From NCBI GenBank assembly GCA_965153285.1, contig OZ229113.1: DNA of 64,000 nucleotides. One strand, written 5' to 3'. Position 1 is the first letter of the stretch, and every line of letters begins with the position of its first letter. The notes below the pieces were generated by a model. The model was not told where the DNA came from. It was given only the letters and a program-made list of their open reading frames with translations, and did not search any database. The stretch comes from Podarcis tiliguerta (Eukaryota). Of the stretch, positions 24,004 through 38,601 are shown piece after piece. Both the position numbers and the translations under genes were made by a program.

Positions 24004-26365
24004 TAACATGAGGACACTTAACATGTGGAAAACACCACTGGAGATCGTTTTCTGTAGCTATAAGCAGTCAGGAAACAGAGGACATCCTCAACCATCAAGG
24101 CATTTCTAAAAAAGATGAAAAGCAAAAATACATTGATTGCTTTCCTATACGACAGCAGTGGTCCTATGTACATGCGTAATTCATAATGGAATGAACTGAC
24201 AACCTACAACTCACTGATTTATAGATACAAGACATGTGATACTCTGGATTTTTAAAAACTAAATAAATAACCTGATAAATACATAAATAAATGGACAAAG
24301 CATTTAGGGTGTGTTGCTCAAGCCACTAAGAACACTCTTTAGCCATCCAGCTAGTTCTCTTCTTGAAAATAGCAATTTGTTGTGTAACTTAATTTTTCTT
24401 CACTCTGCTTGTGCACTTTTCAAGTTATTTCATCATCAGCCATTTTTTCCAAGAGAGCAGAGATTCTGGACAAAATCTCTTTCAGTTTAACCCTCAGTGG
24501 CAGATTTACAGGTATGTGCAGTAGGAGCAAGAAATTGGGCCCCGTAATAACCAAGTTATTAGCATACATTGTTAACTAAGAGGATACCTTTGAAAAGTGT
24601 CTACAAACAATGAATTGCCATTGTTGATTTTAAGTACAGTATTTTAGTTCCTTGCATTTTGGATCCCCCAGTGTTTGATTTTTATGCCTCTAGATCTCTC
24701 ACAGCTTTGTGGCATTGAATGAGCTGGCAGATACATTGTGCAAGGCCACAAGCCTCTACTGGGGGCTGGTGTGTGTGTGTCTTGCTTAAAATTACTCCTT
24801 TATTACTTCCTGCATATAGAAAGCTGTGACATCAGGGAACAAATGATTTGACATGCTAGCTTTCCACCAGCTTTGCAGGCAGATGGTATATTAAGAGATG
24901 GTATATTAATATGATATATTAACTAATGGTCTGAGATATCAAATAGGTAGCGCCAGGATAAAAATTGTGCAAATTCTTGAGGATTCTAACTCTAGCTCCA
25001 AACTAGATGTTAGTGAGAAACATGATGGTTAGTTTCAAAAACTTAATTTGCATCACATAGGATTAGTGTTGCAGTGAAGCTGTTCCTATTTCATTATTAA
25101 CGGTACATTTCTTAAGCAGGTAGCAATCTTTTTAGAAAGGACAACTTTATTGGCCATTGAAGCAGAATTTCTCAAGTTTGACATTGCTTGGTTCTTAGTA
25201 TTGAAAATGTCCTAACAACTCTTAGCATTTATGTAGTGCTTTAGAGAATCCAAAGTGCTCCACATATGTCTGCTTCGTAATGCTATGAACCTCTTTTCCC
25301 TTGCCTCAGTTTGTTCCTGTCTGACCCTACCAGTTAAACTGCACATATCACAAAAATATTCAACATGCTTTGTTACTACTTAGAATGTGTAGCTTTGTTT
25401 ATTACATGTAAGACATGTCTTCCTTATTTATGAGCACAGAAAGGTTACTAAAATGAGTAACAGAAATATATTTATACTTTCCAAAACTTGGATATAAGCA
25501 TAAGAGGAAATGGAAGTAGGCAATGATTCAAGCAGATGGGAGATCATACCAAAAAAGGGTGTGGGCCGTCAGGAAACAGCAAGCAAAAACATGCTTGTTG
25601 ACATTTGGTAATGCAACATAATACACAGTGCACTGGAAAGAAATTTTTTAATATGGTGCCATACTATAGCCAAAACCATCTCCCTTGTCCTTGATGGATT
25701 ACACAAATTTCCCTCTGTCTAAAAGCCCATAATTTCATTTCCTAGACCCCAGAGTGATGTGCTTCTTCAGCATGACATACTTTCCTATGGCCTTTTATTC
25801 TAATTTTCTATAATTATGATCATCATTACTCACTGTGACAAGGGGCACTACTGTCCTACTTCTGCCATTCTGCTCAGTTCAGACAGGGCACCCTTCTAAT
25901 TTGCCATGGCCAGTGATGATATCACCCTGGTGTGCTGACTGTCAGGAGCCTATTCAAGGAGGGCATTGATGGATGGACAGCTGAAGCACAGGAGTGGATG
26001 AGCCAAGCCTGCTGTGGCATCCTCAAAGAGCCCTTTTCAAGGAGGGCAGGAGAACCCTTCCTTCCACCTCAAGGAAGAAAAGGAAACTGGAGGCAAACAA
26101 GCTGTGTTAGCCAGGGAGGCTGACCCTGGTCACAGGACAGAGAAGCTTTCCAGGCTGCTCTGGCTTGGTCAGGGTAAGGCAAGCTGAATCCTACCTTGTC
26201 AATGACTCCTACCTTGTCAATAACTCCCTTGAAGTAACAAAGACTTGGTGAGGACAGAGAGCCTAAACCTTAGTGGTGTGTACTTCTCCTGGAGGAAACT
26301 CATCAATCCATATGAAGTAGAAATCTTCTCAGTTCCCAGCCCTCAGATCATGCTATCCCATAAAT

Positions 26366-26501
26366 CAGGCTTCCTCAACCTCGGCCCTCCAGATGTTTTT
26401 GGCCTACAACTCCCATGATCCCTAGCTAGCAGGACCAGTGGTCAGAGATGCTGGGAGCTGTAGTCTCAAAACATCTGGAGGGCTGAGGTTGAGGAAGCCT
26501 G
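26366..26501. mobile_element. 136-bp hAT MITE, near-perfect palindrome
   Basis: TIRs caggcttcctcaacctc / gaggttgaggaagcctg; perfect 8-bp TSD ccataaat on both sides. Confidence 0.93.
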
Positions 26502-29500
26502 CCATAAATAATTCAGATGTTCCATGATCTATCTCCCGTAACCAGCAAGGAAAAACTATGCATGGATACTGGCCTCATTTGTATCAGCACATTGCAAAAG
26601 AGACTAGTGCTCAGTATGTCAGTTGACCCAGGCTGGTAATTGAGTTTAAAGGTGGGATGAAACTGCACTCATCCTCCAAGCGCCAAAGGATCAGAGTTAT
26701 GGCCTGAGCAACCTAGAAGAATACTGGATTGAAACCTAAATAACGCTGACAAATGCAGGATCACAGAAAATGGATTTGCCTAAACAACAAAACCAAGAAC
26801 TTACTTTCTCCATGCCTCCCAGAAACCCAGAGCAAGAGCATTTGTTTAAAAACAATGGCAACAGACAGCGCTTCAGTATATGGGAAAATAAGTGTTTGGA
26901 CATACTGACAATAAACAGGACCAGATGCTATGCATCAGTTGCACCTGACAATCTTGGAAATGACTCCTGGGAGAACATTTCAAGTTAGTCAGAAGAAATA
27001 CAAAATTGTTAGACACCAGATCAGTACTTCAACTTCTGCAGTGTTAGCACTTTAAGGTAGAGAAGCTGCATCCAGATTTATACCATTTGAAGATTTGGCA
27101 GGTAGCAGCCAAGAAATAGAATTCATCTTCACTGGGCATAATAATACGTCTAAAGATATCTTTCTATAGCAATTGTGCCATCTCATTATGATCCGTTATC
27201 CACTTTCATTTCTCATTCCATCTATTATTAAATTAGGTTGTTCAACAATGTAGCTATTACGAAGTTATGGACTTCCATGTCCCCTTTCAAGGCAAAAAGG
27301 CTCTCCAAGATTTTGCAATTTGGAATTTCAGGTCTGCCACTGCAGCTAAAGTGGATGATAACAAAATGCAGCTTGATTTACATTTCAAAGCTTTCACTGA
27401 ATATAAAGCCGCTCTATTGGCCTTTAAGCACTATATCATCTGTGTCAGGCATATTTAAGCAAATTGTTGGCTCTCTTAATGCCATATTGAACACTGCAAA
27501 CTGCTGATGTAGTCTTTATGGCTACATCGTAAGCTACATAAGCTGAAATTGTGTTAGTCTACATAGTGTTTAGCTATGCTCCTTAAAGAAATGGAGCTAT
27601 CATTTCTACCTGGTTTTCAGCATCGTCCAGCTATCTTTGTCATCGTTTTGTCATTATCACATCTTTTCTGATGTCCTTCTAGTCCAGCACTCTGTTCTCA
27701 CAGTGGCCAACCAGTTGTCCATGGGAAGCCCATCAGCAGAATCTGCTATTATGGGCTGTGTCCGTAAGACACTGGACTCCTGATTAAGTAAAACACACAG
27801 TCCCAAAACCATAGAACTTTGCTATTTTTCTCCTTCAGTAAACATGGTTAGTTCTCTTGTCAATATTTATATGTGTAAGTGTTGTCACATTTTGCCTGTG
27901 CTGAATGATTATCTAGGTGCTTCACCAAAGTGCATGTTTCTGCATGAAGACCTTTCACCTGCTGAACAGATGATCAGCTTTCACAGCACTGATGACTTGT
28001 TTGGGTTTAAGGAGCAGGTTGTCTCCCGAGACAGATGGATGCCAACAAACCAGGAACTTGCCACACCCTGACTCTCCAAACAGCTGATCAGCCCTTTCCA
28101 AGTGCCAACCATCTGTTCAACAATGCATAGAGTTCTGAATACAGGATTCTGCCCCCATCCCCGCTTTCCAATGCCGAATTCTTTAGTCTGTGCGAAATTT
28201 GATCAAGGGAGGTGATTTTCCAATAGAATTCTGTTAGCTCTCAGAAAGATCACTTTTTCTGGTTTGGAATGATTGCAGGCTTAGCAAAAATCTGTGACCA
28301 TCCCAAGCACTATATTGACATAGGGCTACATGGGAAATAATACAACATTCAAACATGTAACAGTGTCTGATCACTATAGTAAAAATGGAGCAACTGCAAT
28401 GAATATATATATAATTTTCTTTCATATTCATAACCATATTCACACCTTGCCTGTGGGGAATGGACGTTCATGTGTTAAGCAAAAACAGATAACAGTGAAC
28501 ACGTGTTGAGGTAATTGCCAAAAGAGGCTCTGGTCAACACAAGTAATCATGAAAAAATTTTCAGAAGACAGGTTGCAGGCAGGGATATAAGAGCAGGCAA
28601 CAATATAACAGGAGTCAAACTTTCTCCATCCATTGATATGCAAAATGGGAGAAGAAAGATTGGTTCTTAGCAGCAATCTAATAAATCCAGAAATAAGTAA
28701 AGTGGTAAAAATCAATGATGTGTGAGTTAAATGTGTGAAAGAACATTTCTGTCATTTCAGGATTCTGTTCCCATTTGTTGCCAAACGCCTCATACATTTT
28801 GTGTTTTATTTGTTAAAATTTGATTTCTTCTCATTTGTTTTTGTTAAAATCCCATTTCCTTCATGTCTTGATACTTTTGTTTCCTGTTTATTTTTTGTTC
28901 CACTTTTTGTCACCTGCAGACATCCGTCCAAGGTCCAGGTTGGACAGGATCCTAAACACCAACAAAACAGCAGAATGCAACAGATGGGCATGATTTGACT
29001 TCTGTTTGTGCCTATTAGTTTCCCTCTGGGTTTGTTTTGGATCAAATAGAAATTCAACTGAATAGACACCATTCAATTCTATTTTCCATTTGTCAAATAA
29101 ATACACACTTCCACTTTTTCTACTTCAGAAAGCATGGCTATTTCTCTGGTCAGTATTCATATTCATAACTGTGGTGACTATGGTGGAAATGTGGATGTCC
29201 TACCAAAGTTAAACAGTAGTGTTTATGTGTTGAACTGGTACCAAAAGAAGCCAGGTACACTAAAGGGGAACTTGTGGCAGTCTCAATGTTTCTGGGCTCC
29301 TACTTCAGTCAGACAGTAAGGCCAATGACCAGAAATGTCACACCTCTATCCGGACACAGTGGAGTCCATATGCTGTTGGAGGGCAACAGGTTCCCCATCC
29401 CTGGGGTAAAATAAACTTGCTGGAGATAATAGACCAAACACTAATTCATAAGTGTCTTTCTCTCTGTGTTGCCTGAGAAATGGAATTGTTGAATTGAAGA

Positions 29501-32500
29501 AAAGAAAAAAAACTTACTTCAAGTTGATTGATGTCTGTGTAACGACTTTCATCAGCAATGCTCTGAAACAAGATTAATGCTACTTTTCCCCTTTAGAGGT
29601 AGACAGGTGTTATCTTTTCCTATCAGATAGTCCTTGTTCATTCACACTGCTGGAACTAGGGAAATGATATGAATTTGACATACAAATTATGCATCAGTTT
29701 TTCAGAGGAAGCAGAAATCGTGTCGATAAAGGGGACTGCATATCAGTAACCAATAGGAAGTGAGGAAATACAGTCTGTAAGCTTGAGCCCCGAAGGAGGC
29801 TGATGGACAGAAGTATATGAGAAGCAGGAGAAGATTTTCATGTTATCAACTGTACCTAGAAGCACTGTTTTGTATCTAGCATAGTGGTGCCATGAGAGAT
29901 GGCAGAGGAAAGGGAAGAATGGCCTTGGTGAGAGCTTGTTTGCAGTACCCCCTGTGCATGAACATCTAGAATCTTTCCCTATGTAGAAACAATAGCTGCC
30001 TGTGGTCACTTCTTTCCAGACTTGAACGTGGAAGTGATTTCTTGTGCTGTTGTTGTTTTGTTCCTTATTCCAAAAAACCCAACTTCCTTTACTTTCTAAC
30101 AACATCACAATGTTTGAGAGGAATGGTAGAATTTTTGGACAAAGATAATCACTTTTGTGTTTTTCCCACACTGTCTTCTGCACTGTAAAATGGTATAAAC
30201 TACTTGCATTGTAACTTTCCTTGAATTCCCAGTGACTATGGAGTACCACAGTGACAAACGATAGTATCTAGGTTTGCAGCAGTAAATTGCAGATTGTAAG
30301 TGATGGCTCTGAACCTTCAGGAAGTGTAGCAGCATTCATTTATATGGGTCTTAGTAAATGTGACATAGGAGGACTGTCCGAAAGCTAATTGAAGTGGCAC
30401 AACTATCACAGTGAAGCTGGTGAAAGCTCCATGATCTTGCTGTAAAAATATGATTATGTCTATGACTGCGAATGTAAAGTCATTGCTGCCCATTAATTAT
30501 AAATTATAATGAAGATCGCAGTTTGCAATTTTTGCAGAATGGAAACCTGAGCCAGCTCAGGTCATCATTAGATAGCATTTGACCAGGGAATTCATATGAC
30601 ATATGCCACAATGCCCTGCATATAATTTGAACTGATATGCTCTGGGGGTACAATTACTCTGTGATCCTGAAGTATATAACCTTGCACTGTAGAGAAGTGT
30701 TTCTCCAATGGAAATAAAGAGAAGAAATTCATCAGCAGTGACTTTGGAATGATGATTTGTATTTTAATGCACAACTCCCGCTGATAACTCTCATCAACAC
30801 TGTTTGTCTCAGAAACATAAAAGGGAAAAAAATCACACTGATTTAAAAGTGATCATAGATCAGCAAAGAACATTATCTCTGAGAAAAGTTGCCAAATCAG
30901 AATCTATTCATACACCTGATTCTGAACAAGTTAAAGCTGAATAATTTCTCTAGCATCAGTCTCAATAACATATTCCATGCTGAGGAATTAGAAAAGACTT
31001 TTGCCAGAGCTACGAAGTCAAAGAGTTTGCTTTCAGCTAGACATGGGCCTTTAAAACATGCCTACAAACATTTTCAGCCAAGGCCTTCTGTTGGGGGGAA
31101 GACTCGTCATAAAGAGCTCTTGAGAGGCAATTACATTTGACACATGGTCATGACAGTCAGGCTTGGAACCATTTTAATCTGATTTCAGTTGAAAGTTTCT
31201 TCTTTCAGACCTGCCCTGAGCCACTGAGAAATGGGAACTAGAAATGGAAAGCTACGGATAAATAAATATTCCAATTTAGGTTGTCCAGCGGCATGACCGC
31301 CAAGACATTCCCTCAGTCTCTTAGCCCAGTTCTGTGAACTGCCGCACCAGTCGTCATGACTGCAGCACAGCTAATGTTGAGACAGCACAAGAGAGCAGCC
31401 CATTCTGCTGTGCCAATATTGTGAACCGAAATGGTTCAGCCAGAAAAATAGGTGTTACCGTGACAGCCATGGAAAAATACGCAGGGATGATACACAAAGC
31501 ATGTCTGTTATTTTCAGATCAAATGCCTGTACATTCAACAAACCAAAGGCTTACTGCGTACAAGAGCAGGTATCTTTCTTGCTCAGATGAGCGAGCAAGC
31601 CTTCTTTAGAAGCTTTTGTGAGGGACCCACTGGGCTATTGGAAGAAAGGGCTATCCAGGCTGGTGTGGCTACTTGTGTGAACTTCTTATCTGACAAGCAT
31701 GAAGAAATGTGCCTCAAGTTCTACAGGTTCTGTAACACCGAAAAGGGGTTAGAATGACAGTCTAAGACAGCAAGCAGGTGCTTTATATAGAGTTTTAGCC
31801 ACTGTCATTCAACTAGAGTGGGAATACTGATATTTACCAATTAAAAGGTTTGCTTCCAGTGTTCAAAACTGTTCACATATAGATCAACTCAGCAATTCTT
31901 ACAACAGCAGTGGGAAGCAGACTAGAATTATGACCACCATGTTGCTGATTGTGGGAGGCTGATAGCAGATAATGGTTTGCTTAATACCGCAAAGTAGTAG
32001 TGGGTTTGTGGCTGGTGTATGGTTTGAGATGTCATGGTTTCATATTATTTATTGAATTTATATACCACCCTGTACCCGCAGGTCTCAGGACGGTGCACAG
32101 GGTAAAACCAGAATATAAAGCCACAAAGTACATAATCAAAATAAAAACAACAACCCAATGTCCCCCCAACACATTTTAAAATGGCATAGGATGTCAATCA
32201 AATCATCTTACTCACATATCTCACTCACTTACACAATATGCAAGCCCAACTCTTTGACCAAGAGCAAGGGTGGTACAGTGACAAGAGCCTAGCTCAGAGC
32301 GCAAGAAGAGGCTATAGTTACTTTAATTAGTGGCTACTTAAGCCATTCATGAGCCAACTATACTGGTGAACTTCTACTAATAGTTAGTAAGTCATTGAAG
32401 TATGAATGCTGCTGACACACAGCACAGAAGGGTGGATTTGTCATAAAAGACAGAGTGTAGCTGTAGCAACAACAGATAGCAACAACAAGTATGTTTCTAG

Positions 32501-32696
32501 GACTAGGATGCTGCTTGCTCTCCTCCTTATCCATGATTCTGTTCATTGGATTTATTCGGTGATATTCTTTGATGTTCTTTCTCAGCCACACAAAACCGTT
32601 TTCTTTTCCACAACACCTGTGCAGTATATTTATTGGAGGCATAAGTTCAGTTCATATGCTACTGATACAGTACAGTAACTGCTAAAAAACAAACAA

Positions 32697-32737
32697 CAAC
32701 AACCAACCAACCAACCAACCAACCAAACAAACAAACA
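32697..32737. repeat. (AACC)n/(AAAC)n compound microsatellite
   Basis: Directly visible. Confidence 0.9.
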
Positions 32738-35700
32738 CTTGCTTCCATGTGGGTTAATCTCACTTCACAGGAGTAATGTCTGAAGCACACACACACACCA
32801 CACAAGAGGCAGTAGCCCCATTCCACTGTCCTACTTCATTGCCAGTCTCCCTGGCCTCTAAGGCCGGAGAGGGACCAGTGGCAAAGCCCTGCAGAACATC
32901 CCCTCTCCTTCCAAGTCAGTAAGAAGGGAGGTGTTCCACCACCCAGTTTTGCTGCCAGATGAGAAGTAAGATTTCTCCTCCCGCCTGGTGGCATGGCAAG
33001 AATTGTAAGGTGGTTCACAACATGATTGAAAAAGGCAATCATAAAAATACATACTGTACGTGTAACATCCACAAAGCAGTAAGTATTTTTTGTAATCAAC
33101 AAATTATGAACATGGAAGCCTGATGGATCTGTGAGGAGAGAGTATTCCACAAAATGGATGTCACCACCCTTCTCCATATCGTCATGAGATGTATTTCTGT
33201 AAGAAATGGCATCCTGTGTGGTAAGGAGGGCATCCTGTGATGTTTGAAATGGTTGGGCTCATCAATATGGGGCATTCTCTCAGACAGCCTAGTCCTGAGC
33301 TGTTTAGCATTTTGTAAGCTTAAACTTGGCTTGATAGCAAATTGGCAGCCAGTACAATTCCTTCAGCACAGGAGTGCTTAGCAGCACATGACCTTTTAAA
33401 GTAGTGAATCATTTTAGTTTAGCAGTTAAATATACAGTAAGTGGGAGGCATGAATCTTAAGTGACAACTATTAGGTGAGTATGTTGGGGCCTTTTCAGTG
33501 GTAGCACCTCAGTTTTGCAATGCCCTGTGTCAGGCAGGGGTGAGGATCTACGGTATTTTCAGGCTAAAGCCACATTTTATCTTGGGCTGCCTTCTGCAAA
33601 CTGAATGCTAGTGAATGGCAAGGCCAGCAGTAAAAAGTGGATAGAGTCACAGGTGAAAATGGATGGGGCAATATGTGTGAATCTTGCCTTTCTATATCCC
33701 TTCCACACACAAGTGAGAATTCTTTATACACACATGCACACACCTCCATCCAGTTAGATGAGATGTATTATCATAGTTCAATGATACATTCCATCCAGAT
33801 AGAGGGACTCAAGGAGAACTTGGAACAGGCCAGGTAAGATGTGTGGTCTGGAGAGAGTCCCAATGGCTGGATAGTGAAGGTTGCTTTCAGCACCTAATAG
33901 GGTTGCCATACGTTGGAAGCAGTGTCTGAGCGGAAATCAGCAAAATGTCTGGGGAAATCTGGTTGTATGGCAACCCATGTCGGCAACCCAGCTCACAACT
34001 TTGCTCAGAAAGCTCAACAACTTTTGTGTCCGGATTTTCTTCTTCTTCTTCATTGTATTTCCACCTTTCACCAGCAGTTAAATTACAGTCACAGTAATTG
34101 GGTGGGTCCTAAAACCAGACACCTTGGGTGCCAAAGGGCAAGGTAAAGTAGTGTGCCTTCAGCATTTGCTGAAAGCTATGAAAGCTATATAGTGAAGATA
34201 GCAGATATGCCTCTGTGAGGAGAGAATTCCACAAATTATGCCATTTCAGCACCATGGGAAGACCTCCTTATTTTCTCAGGCCTTTAAATTCATTCCTGAT
34301 TTAAACACCTTTGTTTTTTATGCTGCTTTCATATGTTTTACTGATCTAATTGTGTATTCAAATGTGTTTTTCCCCTTTCCTGTAAACCACCCTGAGAACA
34401 TGGTGAAAGGGTGGCATATGTATATTTTAAACAAACAAAATAAAAATAGATCCTGTGCTAATGACGACCAAACGAAGTCATTTAAAAAACAACAACAACA
34501 ACTGAAAATCTGAGGCAGAATATATATTTGGCTACATAGTCCTTCAACATCGGTTCATTTTATCACAGGAACTCCAGTGTGAAATTTGAAGTGATTTTTG
34601 CTGGAGGCAGGGAGAGGCAATGCTAATTAATAAACAGTCCTAAATGACTGTTAACTTGCCCCACTCAGTAGCCTTATCAACAAACAGGCAGGGAAATGTT
34701 TTTAACCAAGATCACCTACAAACCACTTGCCTTTGAAAAGGGTTTCCTTTTCCCTTCCCCAGACAATTCTTCTTGCCCATTTTCCAGCTAGAACTGATAT
34801 TGTACATGGCCCAATAATGTGCAAAGCGAATCAGACTAACAAGAAACAAAGGCAAATCTTATTTTTTTTGGAAATGAAATCATGGCCTAGTTCTATTTCC
34901 TGACCCCGGGCAAATGATTGACATTGGAGTAGACGGTGACCTGCTTAGAGTGGTTTAGTGTGTCAACTGCCACCTGGTTTTATGTCACTGGGCATGTAAT
35001 GAAGCTGACTAAATAAGGCAGAGCTAACCTAGAAAAAGACATCAGACTTAAGTTATATTTTTAGGCTGATTTCTTTTCACATAAATTTAAATACCAACTG
35101 GAGTCATTCACTATGAAAGACTGTGCTGGCTTTCTTATGCTATCAGGAAAGATTAAGGGCTCAGGTTGGTTACGTGGTGTTCTGGCTTCGCCTGGCAGAT
35201 CTCCTTGGTTGGAGCTTAAAATGTGTAGTAAACTAGGCTACTTTTCTTCTTAGATGCATAATGCAGCGGCTGGGTCCCTTTTATGTGACATTTTGCTCCT
35301 GGAAAATGCAGGGGAAAGGTTGCCTTTCCAGGCAGCGTCAGCACCAATAACTAGGCAGACGGCAGCTTTTGACTGGCGACAGCAAATATTAAATCTATTT
35401 TTATTAATGTAATTGGAGTGGTTTCAGGGTTTGGCAAACCTACTCCCTGCTTTTTGAAAGACATGGAGAAAGGCTGCATCTTATGGGGTGTGTCCTATAT
35501 GAAAGGCTACGTTCTCTTCCTCAGCTTATATCACGGCTAGATTTTTCTGCACGACTCAGTCCTTATTACAGACTGAAAAGGGAATGCGGTGTTTGGGTTG
35601 AATTGTCCTGTGGCAATATATTGTCTCCTTGAATTCCTAACTGCACATAAAAGGCTGCGGACGCTGTTTACCTTCTCCAAATAGTCCAAGCTCCAGAATA

Positions 35701-35979
35701 TTTCACTCCTGAAACACACTACCTGGGTTTGTAGTATCCCATGAAGTTGATGTGAATTAATGGGGTTGCCTCCTTTTTCTTAGCCCCTGAAACTTATTTG
35801 TGTGCACCACAGAGACTAAATGGGGGTGGATACTCATTCAAGATTACTGGTCTCAAGCATTCCAGGTTGTCTGTTAGCTCCCCATCCCAACCAAGATAAA
35901 TAGGCACTGGGGAGTTTGGTACATTTTCAAAGCAACTTGCTAAGCTGCTCTCAGAAAGGGAATATTGCATTATATTGTG

Positions 35980-36090
35980 GATAGCCAATTTGGTACCCTC
36001 CAGATGTTGTTGGAACCCAATTCTTATCAGCCCACCTTGCATGTCCAATGGATGATGGGAGTTGTAGTCCAACATTATTGGGTGGGCATG
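35980..36090. mobile_element. Degraded hAT MITE (same family as 26366, 55338 and 60855)
   Basis: ccctccagatgttgttgga...gatgatgggagttgtagtccaaca. Confidence 0.6.
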
Positions 36091-36564
36091 ATGCTTGTTA
36101 CCCCTGAGATATAGGGACCATCCTTGCTTAGAATAAGTAGATGTAAAATAAAAATAACTATGAGCACTGAAGCCCACACATAACTGGGTGAGTGGTTATT
36201 CACAAGGCTTGGTTTGTGATTGTACTCAATGGTATGGAGCCCTGGTACCTCTTATTTTGCTGCCCATGGCAGCCATTCTCTGCTGGCACCCATCAGACCC
36301 AGTACCTCATTTTTAACAAAAATTAAAAGACTGACTATTTGTATGTCAGAACTCAGACTCATAACTCTTGGCTACCCTGTGCACAACCTTTTTCGAGAAT
36401 GTGGTCCCATATGGGAAAGTCCCACTCGTGTTTTGAAGCCAAATTTCTGGATCTTGGCATGCAACAAAGGCAATTGCAGAAGCCCAGGCTTTGTTCTCAC
36501 ACCCTTCCATTTCAGTAAATGGTGAAGCTATGCACTGTGCAAACTGATGATGATGATTACCATT

Positions 36565-36993
36565 ATTAATACCCTGTTTATCTGGCTGTGTTTCTCCAGC
36601 CCCACTGGGTGGTTTCCAGCAGAATAGTAAAAACACGACAAAACATCAAATGTTAAAAACTTCCCTAAACAGGGCTGCCCTCAGATGTCTTCTAAACATC
36701 TGATAGTTGTTTATTTCTTTGACATCTGAAGGGAGGGTGTTCCACAGGGATGGTGACACTACTGAGAAGGTCCTCTGTCTGGGTCCCTGTAACTTCACTT
36801 CTCACAGTGAGGAAATCACCAGAAGGCCCTCGGAGGAGGACCTCAGTGTCCGGGCTGAGCAATGGGAGTGGAGACACTCCTTCAAGTATACTGGGCCGAG
36901 GCTGTTTAGAGGGCTTTAAAGGTCAGCTCCGACACTTTGAATTATGCTTGGAAATGCACTGGGAGCTAATAAAGATCCTTTAGGACCGGTGTT
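36565..36993 (-). mobile_element. L2 LINE 3' fragment
   Basis: Reverse complement of the same L2 3' sequence seen at 41089-41480 (ttccacagg...gagaagg.cctctg; tttaaaggtcagc). Confidence 0.8.
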
Positions 36994-36994
36994 A

Positions 36995-37140
36995 AATTCT
37001 AGGTTCAATCCTTGGCATCTCCAAGTAGAGCTAGGAGAATCTTCTGCCTTAAATACTGCAGAGCAGCTACTGGTAATTATAGGCAATATTTAGCCAGATG
37101 GACCAATCAATGGTCTGATTCATCAAAAAGCAGCTTCCTA
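36995..37140 (+). mobile_element. Squam3-like SINE fragment
   Basis: ggttcaatccttggcatctcc...agatggaccaat...ggtctgattc...gcagcttcct. Confidence 0.6.
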
Positions 37141-37253
37141 CATCCCTATGTCCTAGACTTACTACTTTTGATTCTTTAGAAGCATTCTTAAGAAAACTAA
37201 GATTCTCGTCCAGATGCATGTACGGTGGGAAAAGGGTATTTATGAAGTTCACA

Positions 37254-37489
37254 CACTGGCGTACGAAGGGGGTGGGGGAGCGCGCCACATTGGGTACCAT
37301 TTGGGGAAAAGGTGCCATTGTGGCCCTGCCCCTGGGACATGCAACCCTGGGACATGCGCCATGCCCCCACGGGTAACGTGCCACGCTGATGCACCACACC
37401 CCCGGGACACACGCCAGGCCCCTGTGGGTGACACGCCACTCCCCGCCTGTTGTCCACTCCAGGGGCTGCAGTATGTTGCTCCACCACTG
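37254..37489. mobile_element. GC-rich non-autonomous hAT-type element
   Basis: Imperfect TIRs cactggcgta / ctccaccactg; perfect 8-bp TSD agttcaca at 37246-37253 and 37490-37497. Confidence 0.8.
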
Positions 37490-38601
37490 AGTTCACATAT
37501 TACAAGAACTGGAAAATATGTGTGAATTTCTAAAGAGCCCAGTTGGCTGGATGTAGCAGGATAGACTGTACACAAAGTAAGAGCCAATGTACATAAATAA
37601 GTGATTATGTAGCTCTCACAATGCGGACTGCTGCAAACTTCCATTTGGAGATTAGCAGCATCACTACCCAATCCAACTTCCTCCAGTTTTCACTGAACAC
37701 AAGTATACACAAACAGATTACTGGGGTTAGGGGGTGGGAGCAGAGAGCAATTGAAAGCAGCCAGTGCTTGTTCATGTGCATCAGCAGAAGTCTTGGCTCA
37801 CTCCTCTTTGGGTTACATGTGCCCACTGTAAACTGCCTGCTTAACCCATGATACAGATTCTGCTTTAGCCATATATGCATTTTCCCCATAGAACAACAGT
37901 CCTATTCAGACAATGCTCAGCAAAAGAAGAACATGGATACAGTGAGGCTGTAGGGCCATATGTTTGGTACCTTATTTTTCCAGTGAGACTGAAATGATTA
38001 GATTACAAATTTTGCATTCACTTCCACTAAAAATCTGATTAACCTTGCAGTCTCAACCTTGCATTATTAAATGGTTTCTTTATTTTTCCTAATCCCTGTA
38101 TGCATTGAAATATTGTCATGAAAAGAAAATATGAAAAAACATTAAAATAGGTATATTATACAAATAGACACAATCAAAAAAGTCATACAACATTCTATTA
38201 ATTAACAACTTAGATAATGGAAAATATGTTATTACAAAAGGTGGAGTTATGGTAAATATATTTTCATATTTTTTTTAAGTCTTATTTTATGCCTACAGCA
38301 TTGTTACTCTGAAAGTTCCTTGGCCTTCCCTGAGTTGGTGATTAAGTCGATTAAGGTTTTGAAAATGGTTACTTGAATGTCCCATTTTGCATGAATTTTT
38401 CCTGTAACTGTTAGCTCTGTATGCAAAAATAACTATTATGCCTTTCTTTCACTGTCAAAGATCTGGTTCAGTACACCAACCCAAATCCCATAGTGTTGTT
38501 TTTTTAAAACACACACACAAATATAAAGCACAGTAACAAAAAACCCATACCCCTCCCCTAGTTAAATGACCATAGATTGATTAATTGGCAAAGACCTGAG
38601 A

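Noticed and set aside
29743-30249. 168-aa minus-strand ORF
   Set aside because: No recognisable protein family or codon pattern; consistent with a chance ORF.
37067-37671. Stack of overlapping 99-140 aa ORFs suggesting a GC-rich exon or CpG-island promoter
   Set aside because: Explained by a stop-poor GC-rich transposon with a perfect TSD (37254-37489).
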